A stretch of 44,468 nt of DNA from a virus (lineage: Duplodnaviria; Caudoviricetes): positions 1 to 44,468 of the IMG/VR virus record IMGVR_UViG_3300027828_000046; one strand, given 5' to 3'. Within the stretch, counting starts at the first letter, position 1. Every line of letters starts with the position of its first letter. The translations under genes and the position numbers were made by a program. This document shows positions 43,459 through 44,468 of the stretch, in pieces. The notes beneath the pieces were generated by a model that searched no databases, was not told where the DNA came from, and saw only the letters and a program-made list of their open reading frames with translations.

Positions 43459-43938
43459 TTATATTAAAAACCAATTTTTGATTTCTTTCCAATCCCCATC
43501 AATTAATGTTTTTTCAAATTTATTATCTTTCCCCCAAATTTGTCCTGTCCCAGATAATTTTTTTTCTTTAACTAATTTTTTTATATGGTCATATCCAGTT
43601 GTTGGACAAATTGTATAAATAACATCTCCGGTTTCAATATCACAAATTCTAAAATCGTCATATAAACTTCCTTGTAATGGACAATTATTCTTAAAAAATA
43701 CATAACATTTTTCATTGTCAAATTTTTTAGATTCACTAATTTGTTTTAATTTTTTTAATAATATTACTGTTTTATTTGGTAATGATGAATCATTACAAAA
43801 CCAATCATACCATAACTCTTCTGTTAATTCTGGAATTTTTCCAGCCTCAAAATCTTTTAATATTTCGTTTATATTTCTTTCCATTTTTCTCACTCTAGGA
43901 TATAAATTCATATGTTTCCATATTTTTGTTTTTTCCAT
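43459..43938 (-). CDS. Early hypothetical protein
   Basis: WYDWFC...YVFFKNNCP..G.LYDDFRI motif; ATG at 43938 after gggtga RBS and the leftward promoter. Confidence 0.85.
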   Translation of the reverse strand: MEKTKIWKHMNLYPRVRKMERNINEILKDFEAGKIPELTEELWYDWFCNDSSLPNKTVILLKKLKQISESKKFDNEKCYVFFKNNCPLQGSLYDDFRICDIETGDVIYTICPTTGYDHIKKLVKEKKLSGTGQIWGKDNKFEKTLIDGDWKEIKNWFLI

Positions 43939-44468
43939 TTTAGTCACCCACTTATATATATTTATGTACTTCCATATTTATAAAGTTTTCTATTTTAAAA
44001 TGGAAAGCTTTATAAATATGGAAGTATATGTATACATATCAAAGGGTGATAAAAATGACAGATTTACAAGAAGTTGCAAAAACAATAGTTAACCAAATAA
44101 TGACTATAGACAAATGGGCTTTAGCTGCCTGGGGATATAATAAACCTATGGTATATACTAAAGATAATAAACCAACATTAGGATTTAGATGTAGTGGGAC
44201 AAAAGTTAGAAAAGGTGGATTTTGTGAAATTAGTTTAAATGAAGCACAAGATTTATATGAAGTTAGATTGTTTAGAATAATTGGTTTAAATCAAACCACA
44301 TTAGGAGCAAAAACAGAAGTTTTTTGGGAAGATTTAGTAAGTGTTTGTGATGAGTTAATTGGGTAAAATGGTAGATTATAAACAAATAGCAGAATTAAAA
44401 ATTAAAATAGAAGATTTAAAATTAAAAATTAATATTTTGAAAAGAGATAGAAATAATAATAAACTTAA
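43871..44468 (+). repeat. Terminal direct repeat / circular overlap, right copy
   Basis: Matches 1-598 with 16 mismatches. Confidence 0.97.
44055..44366 (+). CDS. Variant copy of the early protein at 185-496
   Basis: Five amino-acid differences (A/T, G/A, G/N, K/R, N/S). Confidence 0.85.
   Translation: MTDLQEVAKTIVNQIMTIDKWALAAWGYNKPMVYTKDNKPTLGFRCSGTKVRKGGFCEISLNEAQDLYEVRLFRIIGLNQTTLGAKTEVFWEDLVSVCDELIG

Larger units (their letters stand above)
1..44468. mobile_element. Complete tailed dsDNA virus genome (siphovirus-like), probably infecting archaea
   Basis: TerL, portal, HK97-type capsid, tail tube, tape measure, PolB and primase-helicase are all present; the ends overlap by 598 bp; archaeal TATA/BRE promoters and GGTGA RBS; no sheath gene or integrase recognised. 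Confidence 0.93.

Noticed and set aside
1-44468. Alternative genetic code, introns or inteins
   Set aside because: Core genes are intact and of normal length in the standard code; no intein or homing-endonuclease motifs seen in PolB, TerL or the helicases
1-44468. Integrase / lysogeny module
   Set aside because: No tyrosine or serine recombinase motifs and no ParA-like gene recognised
1-44468. CpG scarcity as evidence for cytosine methylation
   Set aside because: Could be explained by low GC and AGA-biased Arg codons; not quantified, and global substitution would not be CpG-specific

Overview
The window looks like a complete, very AT-rich tailed dsDNA virus genome (Caudoviricetes, siphovirus-like). 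The unit length is about 43,870 bp, with a 598-bp end overlap (1-598 = 43871-44468) carrying 16 mismatches. Archaeal-type signals point to an archaeal host, possibly DPANN (inference): BRE/TATA promoters (GAAAG-TTTATAAATA), GGTGA ribosome-binding sites, leaderless starts, and RHH, wHTH and Sm-like small proteins. Layout: (1) a + strand early region (185-4205) with repeated promoter cassettes, a PD-(D/E)xK nuclease, an ATP-dependent ligase and an HD-GYP phosphodiesterase; (2) a - strand packaging/head/tail/lysis block (27020 down to 4185); (3) a probable replication origin with iterons and nested inverted repeats (about 27057-27540) between divergent promoters; (4) a + strand replication block with an AAA ATPase, primase-helicase, Cas4-like/SF2 helicase fusion, PolB and a resolvase, plus a five-gene pyrimidine operon. 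The top observation is that the thymidylate-synthase homolog carries Asp at the substrate-determining Asn177 position, the dCMP-specific signature. It sits with DHFR, a dNMP kinase, dUTPase and dCMP deaminase, suggesting pre-replicative 5-methylcytosine synthesis or a methylate-then-deaminate route to dTMP. Other highlights are apparent genome-wide GATC avoidance, a stand-alone viral HD-GYP, a -1 frameshifted tail chaperone, a portal-MuF fusion, a promoter-bounded head-spike cassette and an 80-bp inverted repeat bracketing the early genes. I found no integrase, CRISPR array or complete tRNA. All calls come from reading motifs by eye; no searches were run.
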